A DNA stretch of 64,000 nt from Thermodesulfobacteriota bacterium (lineage in GTDB: Bacteria > Desulfobacterota > Desulfobacteria > Desulfobacterales > C00003060), in NCBI GenBank assembly GCA_034189385.1, contig JAXHVD010000004.1, positions 131,195-195,194 on the forward strand, written 5' to 3'. Shown piece after piece: positions 29,811 through 40,633 of the stretch; positions within the stretch are counted from its first letter, which is position 1, and every line of letters begins with the position of its first letter. Both the position numbers and the translations under genes were made by a program. The notes under the pieces were generated by a model. The model did no database searches and was not told the DNA's origin. It saw only the letters and a list, made by a program, of their open reading frames with translations.

Positions 29811-31745
29811 ATGGTTAACATCCCCTACAATACCATCATTGATTTTTTCCGGCAGGTAGTGCCGTTTAACGAACTTCCCGAGGATGTTCTCAAGAGCCTG
29901 CCGCGCAAGATACTGATCGACTATTTTCCGAAAGAAAGCCTCATCCTGGAACAAGATGGGTCTCCTTGCGACTGTCTCTACATTATCCAGACTGGAGCTG
30001 TGAAGAAGACCGTGCGTAAAGAGGGTGTGGATATCCTACTGGAATACAGGACAGAGGGGGATTTTTTCGGAAGCGCTTCCCTTATTAATAGAACAGGGCC
30101 TGCCTTCCGTGTCGAGGCCCACGAGGACACGGTCTGTTACTTGTTGCCCCGGGCGACCTTTGATGAGTTGATGCAAAACGACGTGGGGTTTCATGAACAC
30201 TTTGCCATTAGGGTGTCCAAGCTTGCCTACCGTCTGAGAAAGGCCCAGACTGGTATCTTGGCCCCCCAGAGGTCTACCGGTACTGTGGTCTTTCGATCAG
30301 ACGGCTACCTCTTCAATGTTACAGCCGGCGATCTGGTGAAGGGAAAGCCCGTAACCTGCTCTCCCTATCATGAAGCGGCCTTTGTGGCCAGATTGATGGC
30401 CCGGGAGGGCGTTGGTTCAGTGGTAGTGGTGGATGTTCAGAACCGTCCCCTGGGCATTGTAACAAAAAGTGATATGACCAATCGTATCCTTGCAGCAGGG
30501 AAATCGGGATCTGAACCCGTGAGAACCATTATGAGCGGGCCCGTTGTCTCTGTGGCCCCAAAGGAGCCCTGTTTCAGCGCCCTCCTCAAAATGGCCACGT
30601 TCAACTGTCACCATGTCTGCTTGGTCGTTGGGGAGTTGCTTTACGGAGTTATCTCGCAGCACGATCTCATTTCGCTTCAGGGGTCTAATCCCCTTGCGGT
30701 GATAAACGATATCCAGAAGGAGACAACTATTGAGGGGCTCTCGCGGTTGGTCCATTCCATGGACCGCACCATCAAGGGCCTTCTTACAGCAGGCGTGTCG
30801 TCAAAAGAGAGCGCCACCTTCATTTCTGAGTGGAATGATCGCCTTACACGAAAGATCATTACACTGACAGAGGAATCCTTGAAAGAAGACGGTCTAGGGG
30901 AACCCCCTGTGCCCTATTGCTGGCTTGCCTTGGGCAGCGAGGGCCGCAAGGAGCAGACCCTGCGAACTGATCAAGACAATGCCATCATCTATACAGACCC
31001 CGACGCTGAATCAGAGAAAAACGTCCAGGACTACTTCCTTCGTTTGGCGGATGGCGTGGTTTTCGGGTTGGAGCGCTGTGGCTTTCCCTTGTGCAAAGGA
31101 GGGATCATGGCCAACAACCTAAAGTGGTGCCAGTCAGAGACCGTTTGGAAGCGGTATTTTGCAGGCTGGATCAACAAAGCCTTACCGGAGGACTTGCGGA
31201 ATTGCACCATTTTTTTTGACTTCCGCCCTCTTGCCGGCACTGCTGTACTTGCCCAAGGCCTCCGGACTTTTCTGAACGAACATATTGCGAAGAATAGGGG
31301 TTTCTTGAGACATCTGACGACAAACGCCCTTTACAACGGACCGCCCTTGGGCTTCCTGAGAGCCCTGGTAGTGGAAAAGACGGGTGATCACAAGGATGAA
31401 TTGAATCTCAAAATGAGAGGACTTGTGCCTTTGGTGGATGCCATTCGAGTCCTCGCCCTAAGCGCTCAGATTAACGCCACCAATACATTGAACCGACTGG
31501 AACTGGTCAAGAAGAAGGGGCTTCTCAAGGAGGAACTTGCAGAAGATACAAAAGAGGCCTTGAATTTTATCATGTTTTTGAGATTGCATCATCATATGGC
31601 TCAAAAGGAACAGGACTTAGAGCCGAGTGACTATATTGATCCCAAGGCCTTGCCAAAACTCCAGGGGAAGTCCCTTATTGAAGCCTTTCATGTCATTCGG
31701 GACCTCCAGGGAGAGGTGAAAGCTCTTTTTCCAGAAAGCCTTTAG
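29811..31745 (+). CDS. cNMP-binding / CBS / DUF294 nucleotidyltransferase-like protein
   Basis: cNMP domain, CBS pair, GSEGRKEQTLRTDQDN, GFPLCKGGIMA, FFDFR. Confidence 0.9.
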   Translation: MVNIPYNTIIDFFRQVVPFNELPEDVLKSLPRKILIDYFPKESLILEQDGSPCDCLYIIQTGAVKKTVRKEGVDILLEYRTEGDFFGSASLINRTGPAFRVEAHEDTVCYLLPRATFDELMQNDVGFHEHFAIRVSKLAYRLRKAQTGILAPQRSTGTVVFRSDGYLFNVTAGDLVKGKPVTCSPYHEAAFVARLMAREGVGSVVVVDVQNRPLGIVTKSDMTNRILAAGKSGSEPVRTIMSGPVVSVAPKEPCFSALLKMATFNCHHVCLVVGELLYGVISQHDLISLQGSNPLAVINDIQKETTIEGLSRLVHSMDRTIKGLLTAGVSSKESATFISEWNDRLTRKIITLTEESLKEDGLGEPPVPYCWLALGSEGRKEQTLRTDQDNAIIYTDPDAESEKNVQDYFLRLADGVVFGLERCGFPLCKGGIMANNLKWCQSETVWKRYFAGWINKALPEDLRNCTIFFDFRPLAGTAVLAQGLRTFLNEHIAKNRGFLRHLTTNALYNGPPLGFLRALVVEKTGDHKDELNLKMRGLVPLVDAIRVLALSAQINATNTLNRLELVKKKGLLKEELAEDTKEALNFIMFLRLHHHMAQKEQDLEPSDYIDPKALPKLQGKSLIEAFHVIRDLQGEVKALFPESL

Positions 31746-31753
31746 CAACGACC

Positions 31754-32482
31754 ATGTTGGGAATCTTCAAGAAGCGTGATCTTAGAAAGCGTTACGAACT
31801 GCAAACAGGACGGGACGAGTTGCCCGATGCCGTCCGTAAGCAGTTGGAAGTAAGGGACGCCTATGAAGGTGACACCGTCATCTCAGAGGCGAGTTTTGTT
31901 GTTTTTGACACAGAGACTACAGGCCTGAACCTGAAAAAGGGGGATCGACTTCTCTCCCTGGGAGCCGTAAAGATGACGGGAGTACAGATTCATCTGGGAG
32001 AGGCCTTCTACGAACTCATCGATCCGCAACGTCCTATCCCAAGCTCTTCTATCTTTATCCACGGCATCACGCCAGGCATGGCCAAGGCCAGGCCCCATAT
32101 TTCAGAGGTCCTTTCAAGCTTCTTGACCTATGTGGGGTCTCACGTTTTAATGGCCCATCATGCTTCTTTTGACATGCAGTTTCTCAATCACGCCATGGAG
32201 GGCTGTTTTGGATTTCCTGTGCAGAACATTGTCATTGATACGGCATCAGTGGCTGGCTGGATCCGACGTATGGAAGAAGTGGAAGTCATGGATCGGGAGA
32301 GCTCGGCCGACACACGCTTTGATGTCGTGGCCGCACACTTTGGAATCACCGCGCAGGACCGCCACTCTGCCTTTGGCGATGCCCTGTCAACTGCCTTGCT
32401 TTTCCAACGTTTTATCAACATATTGAGCGCCAACGGCGTGAAAACGTTGAAAGAACTGGTGAGAATCGGAGGCTTGGCCTAA
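31754..32482 (+). CDS. DEDDh 3'-5' exonuclease (DnaQ-like)
   Basis: FDTETTGL, HHASFD, RHSAFGDA motifs. Confidence 0.9.
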   Translation: MLGIFKKRDLRKRYELQTGRDELPDAVRKQLEVRDAYEGDTVISEASFVVFDTETTGLNLKKGDRLLSLGAVKMTGVQIHLGEAFYELIDPQRPIPSSSIFIHGITPGMAKARPHISEVLSSFLTYVGSHVLMAHHASFDMQFLNHAMEGCFGFPVQNIVIDTASVAGWIRRMEEVEVMDRESSADTRFDVVAAHFGITAQDRHSAFGDALSTALLFQRFINILSANGVKTLKELVRIGGLA

Positions 32483-32515
32483 CAAGACCCATGAATAGCA
32501 CCGTGACCTAGAGCA

Positions 32516-33268
32516 ATGAGATTCTCTAAAAGTGACAACGAAGTCATTTCCAGGGAACGCCTGAGGGCTACCAGTAGGATGGCGGGGGAAATAGCCCATG
32601 AACTGAACACTCCCCTTGGCGGGATCTTGATATACAGCCATCTCCTTCTGGAAGATCTGGCCGAAGACGATCCACATATGGAAAACGTTGTTAAGATAAA
32701 CAAGTTGGCCCATCGGTGCAAAATTATCCTTCAAAGCTTGCTGGATTTTGCCCATGAGGGAAGCCCCCACCCAAAGAAGGTGGAGATCAACCGGGTCTTG
32801 AACAATGTGATAGGTTTCTTGGAAGATCATATCCTTTTAAGAGGCATTTCCATTGAGACCCTTCTTGATCCAGCCCGTCCGAGGGTCATGGGTGATGAAA
32901 ACAAACTGGAGCAGGTCTTTATCAATCTCGTTATCAATGCGGCACAATCGATGGACGGAAACGGTGAGCTGAAGTTGCGTACATGGTGCGCCCTGGACAC
33001 AAAGGACGTAAAGATCCAATGTTCGGATACTGGGTGCGGCATAGACGAGAAAAACATTGGGAGGATTTTCGAGCCCTTTTTTACTACCAAGGAAAAGGGC
33101 AAGGGGTCGGGGCTAGGCCTCTCGCTCTGCCACGGGATCTTGGAGCAACATGGTGGCACCATCACAGTGGATAGTGAACGGGGACGGGGCACCACCTTCA
33201 TCGTATCCCTCCCCTTGGTCCAGGAAAAGGCTGACCGGACCTTGCAGATTGCAGAGCAGGGACAATAA
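32516..33268 (+). CDS. Histidine kinase with no sensor domain
   Basis: AHELNTPL, NLVINA, DTGCG, FEPFFTTK, GSGLGL; only 250 aa. Confidence 0.9.
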   Translation: MRFSKSDNEVISRERLRATSRMAGEIAHELNTPLGGILIYSHLLLEDLAEDDPHMENVVKINKLAHRCKIILQSLLDFAHEGSPHPKKVEINRVLNNVIGFLEDHILLRGISIETLLDPARPRVMGDENKLEQVFINLVINAAQSMDGNGELKLRTWCALDTKDVKIQCSDTGCGIDEKNIGRIFEPFFTTKEKGKGSGLGLSLCHGILEQHGGTITVDSERGRGTTFIVSLPLVQEKADRTLQIAEQGQ

Positions 33269-33288
33269 CCATAGAACGGACTGCGTGT

Positions 33289-34650
33289 ATGAACACCAGT
33301 TATAACATACTGGTCATTGACGATGACGCCTTTATGCGGGACGCTTGCCACCAGACCCTCACGAAACATGGGCACAGTGTCACGCTGGCAAAAAACGGCA
33401 AAGAAGGGCTGTCCCTACTCGAAAAATGGGCCTTTGACCTTGTCCTGCTGGACCTGAAGATGCCTGAAGAAGACGGGCTATTTGTCCTTGCCAGGATCAA
33501 GGATCTGGATCCAGAAGCGATCGTTGTCATGATTACTGGACACGGCTCCATTGAAACGGCTGTCCAGGCCATCAAACTTGGAGCCTTTGACTTCCTGGCC
33601 AAACCCTTCACGCCTGATGAACTGATCAGTCTAGTCAACCGGGCACTTAGAAACCGGCGCCTCACCGTTGAGAAACTGGGTGTCAAGCAAGACCCCAGAA
33701 AGTCGCCCGGACAAATAGAAATCGTCAGCCAAAGCCCTGCCATGGAAAAGGTGAGGGAGATGATTGCCATGGTAGCCCCCACAGACAGCACGGTCTTGCT
33801 TCAGGGTGAAAGCGGAACGGGCAAGGGCCTCGTGGCCCGCAAGATCCATGAGATGAGCAAGCGACGGGGGCAACCCTTCATATCCGTCGATTGCGGTTCT
33901 CTGGTGAAGACCCTGTTTGAAAGCGAGCTCTTCGGCCATGTGAAGGGGGCCTTTACTGGCGCAGAGGCAACGCAACATGGAAAATTTGAGATGGCCCACG
34001 GCGGGACCCTCTTCTTTGACGAAATATCCAGCATCAACTTGGAAATCCAGGCCAAGCTCCTGAAGGCGGTGGAGGAGAAGAGTATATCCAAGGTGGGAGA
34101 CCACAGGGTGGTCAAAGTGGATGTGCGCCTAGTGTCCGCTACGAACCGGGAGCTTCAAAAGGCCATTGCCAAGGGGCTGTTTCGCGAAGACCTGTTTTTT
34201 CGTTTGAATGTCGTTTCCATACATATGCCGCCGTTAAGAGATCGTAAGGAGGACATCCCTCTCCTGGCAGAGCATTTTCTGAAGATATTCAGTCGACGCG
34301 AGGGCAAGGTAGTAAAAGGTTTTTCGTCTGACGCCATGGAGGCCCTTATAGGATATGGATGGCCCGGAAACGTCCGTGAACTTGAAAATACCGTAGAACG
34401 ATTGATCGTCTTTGCTCGCGACGAAACCATTACCTCCCAGGATCTCGCCTATTCCAACACCGATCTTTCCCGGCTGGTAGCCACAGAACCGGTTCGTCTC
34501 AAGGAAATAGAACGACAGCACATCATGAAGGTCCTGGACAGAGTAAATGGGAACAAGACCCATGCGGCTGAATTGCTGGGCATTGATCGAAAAACCCTAA
34601 GGACGAAACTCAAGCAGTACGATATCCTGTCAACAGAAGACGGCCCATAG
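33289..34650 (+). CDS. Sigma54-dependent response regulator (NtrC family)
   Basis: REC domain, GESGTGK, GAFTGA, WPGNVREL, Fis HTH. Confidence 0.95.
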   Translation: MNTSYNILVIDDDAFMRDACHQTLTKHGHSVTLAKNGKEGLSLLEKWAFDLVLLDLKMPEEDGLFVLARIKDLDPEAIVVMITGHGSIETAVQAIKLGAFDFLAKPFTPDELISLVNRALRNRRLTVEKLGVKQDPRKSPGQIEIVSQSPAMEKVREMIAMVAPTDSTVLLQGESGTGKGLVARKIHEMSKRRGQPFISVDCGSLVKTLFESELFGHVKGAFTGAEATQHGKFEMAHGGTLFFDEISSINLEIQAKLLKAVEEKSISKVGDHRVVKVDVRLVSATNRELQKAIAKGLFREDLFFRLNVVSIHMPPLRDRKEDIPLLAEHFLKIFSRREGKVVKGFSSDAMEALIGYGWPGNVRELENTVERLIVFARDETITSQDLAYSNTDLSRLVATEPVRLKEIERQHIMKVLDRVNGNKTHAAELLGIDRKTLRTKLKQYDILSTEDGP

Positions 34651-34716
34651 GCTTCTGGTAATATACTATTTCTCTCCTACCTCTCTTCTCCACTTCAAAC
34701 GCAGTCATAGATAGTC

Positions 34717-36594
34717 TCAATAACTTCCCAGTATCCTGAAATAGTCTGTTTTTTCTTCCAGGGCAAGGAGCAGGGGTTTGAAGGACGCTGTCTCAACATC
34801 TGCCTCAACATCCACGTAAAACATATACTCCCAGGGTTTCCCGTGGATGGGTCTGGACTCCAGCTTTACCAAGTTGACCCCCCCGTCGGCAAATATCTTC
34901 AAGGTCTCATAGAGGGCCCCTGGCCGATTTCCCGCCGAATAAATAAGAGAAGACTTGCGCCGTGGCCCTTCTTGGAGTTGTTCCGTCCCAATGACGACAA
35001 ATCGGGTGAAGTTTCTAGGATTGGTTTCAATACCTTCTTCCACGACCTCCATGCCGTGGATCTGGGCCGCCTCTTTGCTGGCAATAGCCGCATCGGCCAG
35101 ATTCCCCCCCTCATGAATCTGTTTGACGGCCCGTGCCGTGTCTTTGGCAGAAACGAGCTCCCAATTTTCATGGCGGTCCAAGAACTGGCGACACTGCTGG
35201 AACACCTGGGGATGAGAAAACACACGCTCTACGTCCTCAACCTTGGCCCCGGGATGGCCAACTAAGTGGTGCATAATGCGAAGAGTAATCTCCCCTATGA
35301 TTCTCAAGTCATGTTCAAGGAGAAGGTCATAGTTCTCGTGTATGCTCCCGGTGAGTGAGTTCTCCAGTGGCACCACACCGAAATCGGCCCCCCCCTCCTT
35401 GACCGATTCAAAGATCGCCCTAAATGAAGACATGGGCACGGCTGAGACCTTGGGTCCAAAATACTGGGTGCAGGCCTTGTGACTGAACGTCCCTATCTCT
35501 CCCAAGAATCCAGCTCGTTGGGCTCCCTTGCCTTTGGCTTTGCTCAAACAACTTACGGCGCTGGCCTTGTCCAGGTAGCCAAAATCCAATTGTTTCCCTA
35601 CTACCGGTGCAATCACATAAATGTTTCGCATCAGTCGACCAAATTGCTTCGGATAGAGGCTCTGGGCACCGTCTGAAAGGGCATTGTCTGGATCATGATG
35701 GACCTCTATCATGAGACCATCGGCACCCGCAGCAATAGCCGCTCTGGCCATGGGACTGACCTTCTCACGGATGCCCGTGGCGTGGCTGGGGTCGATGACG
35801 ACCGGCAGATGGGTCAGCTTCTTGATGACCGGAATGGCAGACAGATCAAGGGTGTTGCGGGTATAGGGTTCAAAGGTTCGAATGCCTCTCTCGCAAAGGA
35901 CGACATTGTCGTTTCCTTCTGAAAGGACGTATTCTGCTGACATGAGCCATTCCTCAATGGTAGCGGCAAGCCCCCTCTTTAGGAGGACCGGTTTGCCCAT
36001 CCGTCCCAAGCACTTCAGAAGTTCAAAGTTCTGCATGTTTCGTGCACCAACCTGTACCACGTCCACATACTTCATCATCATGTCCGCCTGGGCAGGTGAG
36101 GTGATTTCCGTGACTACGCGAAGGCCCACCTCTTCTCTGACCTCGGCAAGGATCTTTAGCCCCTCTTCACCCAAGCCTTGGAAGGAATAAGGAGAGGTCC
36201 TCGGCTTGAAGGCCCCCCCTCTGAACATGACAGCCCCGTACCTCCTCACATGGCGGGCCACAGTCATGGCCTGGTCCCGGCTTTCAACGGCACAGGGCCC
36301 TGCAATGACCACGATACGCTCTCCACCAATGGCCACGTCTCCAACATCTACCACCGTGTCTTCATGATGAATTTGCCGACTCACCAGTTTGAAAGCTGTG
36401 GAGATGGGAACTACCTTTGCCACACCAGGTAGCTGCTGAAAGAAACCGGAATCGTGGCGGGCCTTGCCAATGACGCCAATGATAGACTGCCCGGCGTCGG
36501 ACATCTCCCGAACCATGCATCCCTCTTCGCGGATAGCACTTTTGATCCGGCTTTTCTGTTCCTCTGTAATCTGCTCTTCTAAGACGAGAATCAT
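34717..36594 (-). CDS. Type I-beta DAHP synthase fused to prephenate dehydratase-ACT
   Basis: [26 protein letters not shown]; then [24 protein letters not shown]. Confidence 0.92.
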   Translation of the reverse strand: MILVLEEQITEEQKSRIKSAIREEGCMVREMSDAGQSIIGVIGKARHDSGFFQQLPGVAKVVPISTAFKLVSRQIHHEDTVVDVGDVAIGGERIVVIAGPCAVESRDQAMTVARHVRRYGAVMFRGGAFKPRTSPYSFQGLGEEGLKILAEVREEVGLRVVTEITSPAQADMMMKYVDVVQVGARNMQNFELLKCLGRMGKPVLLKRGLAATIEEWLMSAEYVLSEGNDNVVLCERGIRTFEPYTRNTLDLSAIPVIKKLTHLPVVIDPSHATGIREKVSPMARAAIAAGADGLMIEVHHDPDNALSDGAQSLYPKQFGRLMRNIYVIAPVVGKQLDFGYLDKASAVSCLSKAKGKGAQRAGFLGEIGTFSHKACTQYFGPKVSAVPMSSFRAIFESVKEGGADFGVVPLENSLTGSIHENYDLLLEHDLRIIGEITLRIMHHLVGHPGAKVEDVERVFSHPQVFQQCRQFLDRHENWELVSAKDTARAVKQIHEGGNLADAAIASKEAAQIHGMEVVEEGIETNPRNFTRFVVIGTEQLQEGPRRKSSLIYSAGNRPGALYETLKIFADGGVNLVKLESRPIHGKPWEYMFYVDVEADVETASFKPLLLALEEKTDYFRILGSY

Positions 36595-36668
36595 GACTAA
36601 ACCTCCTTTGCGTGTAATCGGTTAGGAACGTTTAAGATTCGTTAAGAAGGGGCCCCTCTTTTGTGCGT

Positions 36669-36706
36669 AAAAAAAGAAAGCCCCGAGAACTTGCTTCTCG
36701 GGGCTT
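36669..36706 (-). terminator. Attenuator terminator of the Phe leader
   Basis: Minus strand AAGCCCCGAGAA-gcaag-TTCTCGGGGCTT followed by a T tract. Confidence 0.85.
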
Positions 36707-36769
36707 CACACCACAAAAAAACCCCGAGCAGACCCAGCGTGGTCCACCCGGGGTGTTTGACTTCTTGCG

Positions 36770-36853
36770 TCAGACTTCCGGGTGGACGCTTCTAAAGATA
36801 AAAAAGAAGCGCCCAAAGGGAAATAGTCCTTTCATGTTACCGCTTTCCATCAT
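36770..36853 (-). CDS. Phe-rich attenuation leader peptide MMESGNMKGLFPFGRFFFIFRSVHPEV
   Basis: RBS AGGAGA, six Phe codons, alternative hairpins, upstream of DAHPS-PDT. Confidence 0.85.
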   Translation of the reverse strand: MMESGNMKGLFPFGRFFFIFRSVHPEV

Positions 36854-36882
36854 CGATCCATCTCCTATTAACATAAAATAAG

Positions 36883-36911
36883 AAGATACCCCATTGTCCC
36901 ATAGCTGTCAA
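36883..36911 (-). promoter_or_regulatory. Sigma70 promoter for the Phe leader / DAHPS-PDT
   Basis: TTGACA-17-TATCTT on the minus strand. Confidence 0.75.
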
Positions 36912-36942
36912 GCCTTCTTTGACTCATTGACAAAAATTGTCG

Positions 36943-36971
36943 TTGACAAAGAAAGAAGGGGATGGTAGCCT
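36943..36971 (+). promoter_or_regulatory. Sigma70 promoter for the trp operon
   Basis: TTGACA-17-TAGCCT. Confidence 0.7.
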
Positions 36972-37018
36972 GTGTCAAATAGAAGGAAATGGAAAGAGGC
37001 TAGACCTTGAGAGAAGGC

Positions 37019-37075
37019 ATGAGAATATATTGGTGGTGGTGGAGCGCAGCACTTGAAGTGTGCCCACCAGGTTAG
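37019..37075 (+). CDS. trpL: Trp leader peptide MRIYWWWWSAALEVCPPG
   Basis: Four consecutive TGG codons upstream of trpE. Confidence 0.88.
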   Translation: MRIYWWWWSAALEVCPPG

Positions 37076-37095
37076 CTTGAAATAATCGCAAGCAC

Positions 37096-37131
37096 AAGCC
37101 GTGAGCCACTTCAAGGCCCACGGCTTTTTTT
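37096..37131 (+). terminator. trp attenuator terminator
   Basis: AAGCCGTG...CACGGCTTTTTTT; CACTTCAAG inside the hairpin is complementary to leader CTTGAAGTG. Confidence 0.85.
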
Positions 37132-37187
37132 GTTTCCTCCAAAAAGCCGTGGGCCACTCAGACCCGCGGCTTTTTGGTAAAGGAGAC

Positions 37188-38678
37188 ATGAAAGAAGGCA
37201 GCCATTTTCCCGCAAGAGACGCATTTCTGAAGCTGGCAGAAACATCTAATCTGATTCCGGTCTACCGAGAGATCCTTTCAGACTTAGAAACACCCATTAG
37301 TGTCTTTAAAAAACTTAATCCAGGCCCGTACAGTTTTCTGCTAGAGAGTGTGGAAGGAGGTGAAAGATGGGGGCGTTACACCTTTGTTGGTTTTGATCCC
37401 CTCTTTATCTTCAAGAGCAGGGGCACCCGCGTGACCATTCAAAGAGGGCGCCACTCAGAGGAGCAGACTGTGGATGACCCTCTCCGTTTTCTTGAAAGTC
37501 GCCTGGCCTCCTACCGACCTGCCGTACTGGAGGGCCTTCCCCGGTTTTTTGGTGGGGCTGTTGGGTATATTGGATATGAGACCGTTTCCTTTTTCGAGCC
37601 CATACCGGACAACCTTGCAGATGAACGGGGCCTTCCCGACACATGGTTCATGGCGCCCAGGACCGTGCTGGTCTTCGATAATCTGAGGCAGTCCATCAAA
37701 GTGGTTTCTAATGTCCACCTACAAGAGGACGATGAAGCGGAAAAGGCCTATAGCCAGGCCGTAGATGACATCTGTGACATCGTTGACCGATTGCAACAAC
37801 CTGCACCGATTGCAGCCAAACCGCAGCAGACCCGAGGACCGGGCATTATCCACAACAGAATCCCCCAGGCACAGTTCGAATCTATGGTGGTAGCGGCAAA
37901 GGACTACATACGCCAGGGGGAGATCATTCAAGTGGTCTTATCCCAAGGGTTTGAGACAGCGTCCAAAGCAGCGCCCTTTGAAGTGTACCGGGCCATCCGT
38001 CGGATTAATCCGTCGCCCTATCTCTTTTTTCTCCAATTTGAAGATGCTGCCCTCCTTGGCTCTTCCCCTGAAGTGATGGTCCGCCTTGAGGGACGGCGGG
38101 TCACACTGAGACCCATTGCAGGCACTAGGCCTCGGGGGATAACCGAGGATGAAGATAGCAGACTTGAGGCCGAGCTGCTGGCCGATCCAAAGGAGAGGGC
38201 CGAACACGTGATGCTGGTGGATCTTGCCAGAAACGATGTGGGGCGCGTGGCCGAGTACGGGACAGTGAAACTCAGCGACCTGATGGTCGTGGAACACTAC
38301 TCTCACGTCATGCATATTGTCTCCAATATTGAAGGAACCTTGAGAGAAGGCCTCAGTGCCTTTGATGTAATGCGGGCATCCTTTCCGGCCGGCACGGTAT
38401 CCGGTGCACCCAAGGTTCGGGCCATGGAAATCATTCACGAACTAGAGCCCTGTCGCCGAGGGCCCTACGCCGGCGCAGTGGGCTATTTTGGTTTCGGGGG
38501 CAACATGGATCTGGCCATTACCATACGGACCATCGTGTTCAAGGAAAACAAAGCCTTTATCCAGGCAGGGGCCGGCATTGTGGCCGATTCCGTACCTGCC
38601 AAGGAGTATGAGGAGACCGTGCATAAGGCCAAGGCGCTTTTCCAGGCGATCACGATGGGGGCGGCAGGATTGGAGTAG
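37188..38678 (+). CDS. trpE: Anthranilate synthase component I
   Basis: [52 protein letters not shown]. Confidence 0.96.
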   Translation: MKEGSHFPARDAFLKLAETSNLIPVYREILSDLETPISVFKKLNPGPYSFLLESVEGGERWGRYTFVGFDPLFIFKSRGTRVTIQRGRHSEEQTVDDPLRFLESRLASYRPAVLEGLPRFFGGAVGYIGYETVSFFEPIPDNLADERGLPDTWFMAPRTVLVFDNLRQSIKVVSNVHLQEDDEAEKAYSQAVDDICDIVDRLQQPAPIAAKPQQTRGPGIIHNRIPQAQFESMVVAAKDYIRQGEIIQVVLSQGFETASKAAPFEVYRAIRRINPSPYLFFLQFEDAALLGSSPEVMVRLEGRRVTLRPIAGTRPRGITEDEDSRLEAELLADPKERAEHVMLVDLARNDVGRVAEYGTVKLSDLMVVEHYSHVMHIVSNIEGTLREGLSAFDVMRASFPAGTVSGAPKVRAMEIIHELEPCRRGPYAGAVGYFGFGGNMDLAITIRTIVFKENKAFIQAGAGIVADSVPAKEYEETVHKAKALFQAITMGAAGLE

Positions 38679-38682
38679 GCCT

Positions 38683-39246
38683 ATGATACTCATCATCGAC
38701 AATTACGATTCATTCACCTACAACCTAGTTCAGGCCTTCGGAGGCTTCGGGGAGGAGTTGGAGGTTTTCAGAAATGACCAGGTCTCCTTGGACCATATCC
38801 GAACACTGTCAGTGGACAGACTGGTCATATCTCCAGGACCAGGGGTGCCGGCAAGGGCCGGGATTAGCCTTTCCGTTATTCGCCACTTTGCGGGACGCGT
38901 CCCTATTCTCGGAGTGTGTTTGGGACATCAGGCCATTGGCGAGGCCTTTGGAGGAAGAATAGTGCCTGCCGAACGCCTAATGCACGGCAAGGTCTCTGCC
39001 GTCTATCACGACAGCAAGGGCTGCTACCGGGACGTGAAACACCCTTTTAAGGCAACGCGCTACCATTCCCTGGTGGTGGACCGCCCTTCGCTGCCCGAGT
39101 GTTTGGACGTTGTCTCTGAAACCGAACAAGGAGAGATCATGGGAATAAGGCACAGAGAGCTTGCCATAGAAGGGGTGCAGTTTCATCCTGAATCCTTTCT
39201 CACCCAAGAGGGTGAGAAGATCTTGTCCAACTTCTTGCGTCAGTAG
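38683..39246 (+). CDS. trpG: Anthranilate synthase component II
   Basis: [29 protein letters not shown]. Confidence 0.95.
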   Translation: MILIIDNYDSFTYNLVQAFGGFGEELEVFRNDQVSLDHIRTLSVDRLVISPGPGVPARAGISLSVIRHFAGRVPILGVCLGHQAIGEAFGGRIVPAERLMHGKVSAVYHDSKGCYRDVKHPFKATRYHSLVVDRPSLPECLDVVSETEQGEIMGIRHRELAIEGVQFHPESFLTQEGEKILSNFLRQ

Positions 39247-39329
39247 CAGACCATTTTGCCCCCCTGCGGAGGGCTGGGAAAAGGTTGGAGCGGTGAATTC
39301 CACATGGTCATCTACAGTCTTTGACTAGT

Positions 39330-39520
39330 TAGTGCCCATCCACCAATCACTCTTGGATTGACAGGCACGAGCGTGAGTGCCCAATTAAGAAATGAGCGGT
39401 TTTTTTGATGAGCAAGGCGGCACAAGGGTTTGCGGCGAGGCGTACATGAGGTACGTCGCAGCCGAGAACCCGCGGACAACGCCGCTCATCGAAAAAAGAG
39501 CCATTTATGGATGGGCACTA
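39330..39520. mobile_element. MITE-like palindromic element between trpG and trpD
   Basis: Perfect 13-bp terminal inverted repeats TAGTGCCCATCCA / TGGATGGGCACTA; internal GATGAGC/GCTCATC and CGTAC/GTACG stems. Confidence 0.75.
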
Positions 39521-39552
39521 GTTAATAAAGGCCATAGCATATGGAGGGCGTC

Positions 39553-40608
39553 ATGATAAAGGATATGATTCAAAAGGTAGTGAAGGGGCAGGACCTTTCA
39601 GAAGATGAGATGGTCAGCGTCATGGACGAAATCATGGAGGGTCATGCGACAGACGCGCAGATCGGGGCATTTATAACGGCCCTTCGCATGAAAGGGGAAA
39701 CGATTTCAGAAATTACCGGTGCAGCAAGAGTCATGCGTGCCAAGGCTACTCCCATAAGAGTCCAAGACCTTGGCATTAGCATTGACAGGGATGAAATTAA
39801 TGTGGACCAGGAAACAGTGGTAGATACTTGTGGAACCGGCGGTGATGGAACAAACACCTTTAACGTCTCAACGACCACGGCCTTTGTGGCCGCCGGCGGC
39901 GGGCTGAAGGTAGCCAAACACGGCAATCGAAGTGTCTCCAGCCAGTGTGGAAGCGCTGATGTCCTTGCGGCCTTGGGCGTGAATCTGGACGTGCCCCCTG
40001 AGGTTGTAGAAGAATGCATCAAGACAATAGGCATCGGCTTTCTTTACGCGCCCAAGCTTCACGGCGCCATGAAGTATGCTATAGGGCCCCGACGGGAAGT
40101 GGGTATCCGGTCTCTATTTAATCTCCTTGGTCCTCTGACCAACCCAGCAGGGGCCAATGTTCAGGTTCTGGGTGTGTACGATCCCGGACTTACTTCAGTC
40201 CTGGCTGAGGTCTTGCGCCGCCTGGGGAGCACAAGTGCCATGGTTGTCTTTGGCGAGGGAAGTTTTGATGAAATCAGTATTGTGGGCCCCACCCAGGTGA
40301 GTGAACTTAAAAACGATACCATCAAGGACTATCGTGTAGAGCCCGAAGAATTTGGTATGGTCAGGGCGCGTCTTTCAGATATTAAGGGCGGCGATGCCAA
40401 AGAGAATGCAACCATCGTTCGCGAAGTCCTTAAAGGCCAACCAAGTGCTAGGCGCGATATGGTACTTTTAAATGCAGGGGCTGCCTTCTATGCAGCAGGC
40501 AAGGCCACGGACATGGCCGAAGGGATCAAGATGGCGGCAGTGAGCATTGACTCGGGCGTGGCAGCCCAAAAACTTGACCAGCTCATCGAAGAGACCAATA
40601 AAGACTGA
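39553..40608 (+). CDS. trpD: Anthranilate phosphoribosyltransferase
   Basis: [29 protein letters not shown]. Confidence 0.96.
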   Translation: MIKDMIQKVVKGQDLSEDEMVSVMDEIMEGHATDAQIGAFITALRMKGETISEITGAARVMRAKATPIRVQDLGISIDRDEINVDQETVVDTCGTGGDGTNTFNVSTTTAFVAAGGGLKVAKHGNRSVSSQCGSADVLAALGVNLDVPPEVVEECIKTIGIGFLYAPKLHGAMKYAIGPRREVGIRSLFNLLGPLTNPAGANVQVLGVYDPGLTSVLAEVLRRLGSTSAMVVFGEGSFDEISIVGPTQVSELKNDTIKDYRVEPEEFGMVRARLSDIKGGDAKENATIVREVLKGQPSARRDMVLLNAGAAFYAAGKATDMAEGIKMAAVSIDSGVAAQKLDQLIEETNKD

Positions 40609-40633
40609 TGTTGCTGACGATCTGGCCTTTTGA

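Noticed and set aside
38488..38682. N-terminal extension of trpG
   Set aside because: It overlaps trpE; the family N-terminus [10 protein letters not shown] starts at 38683.
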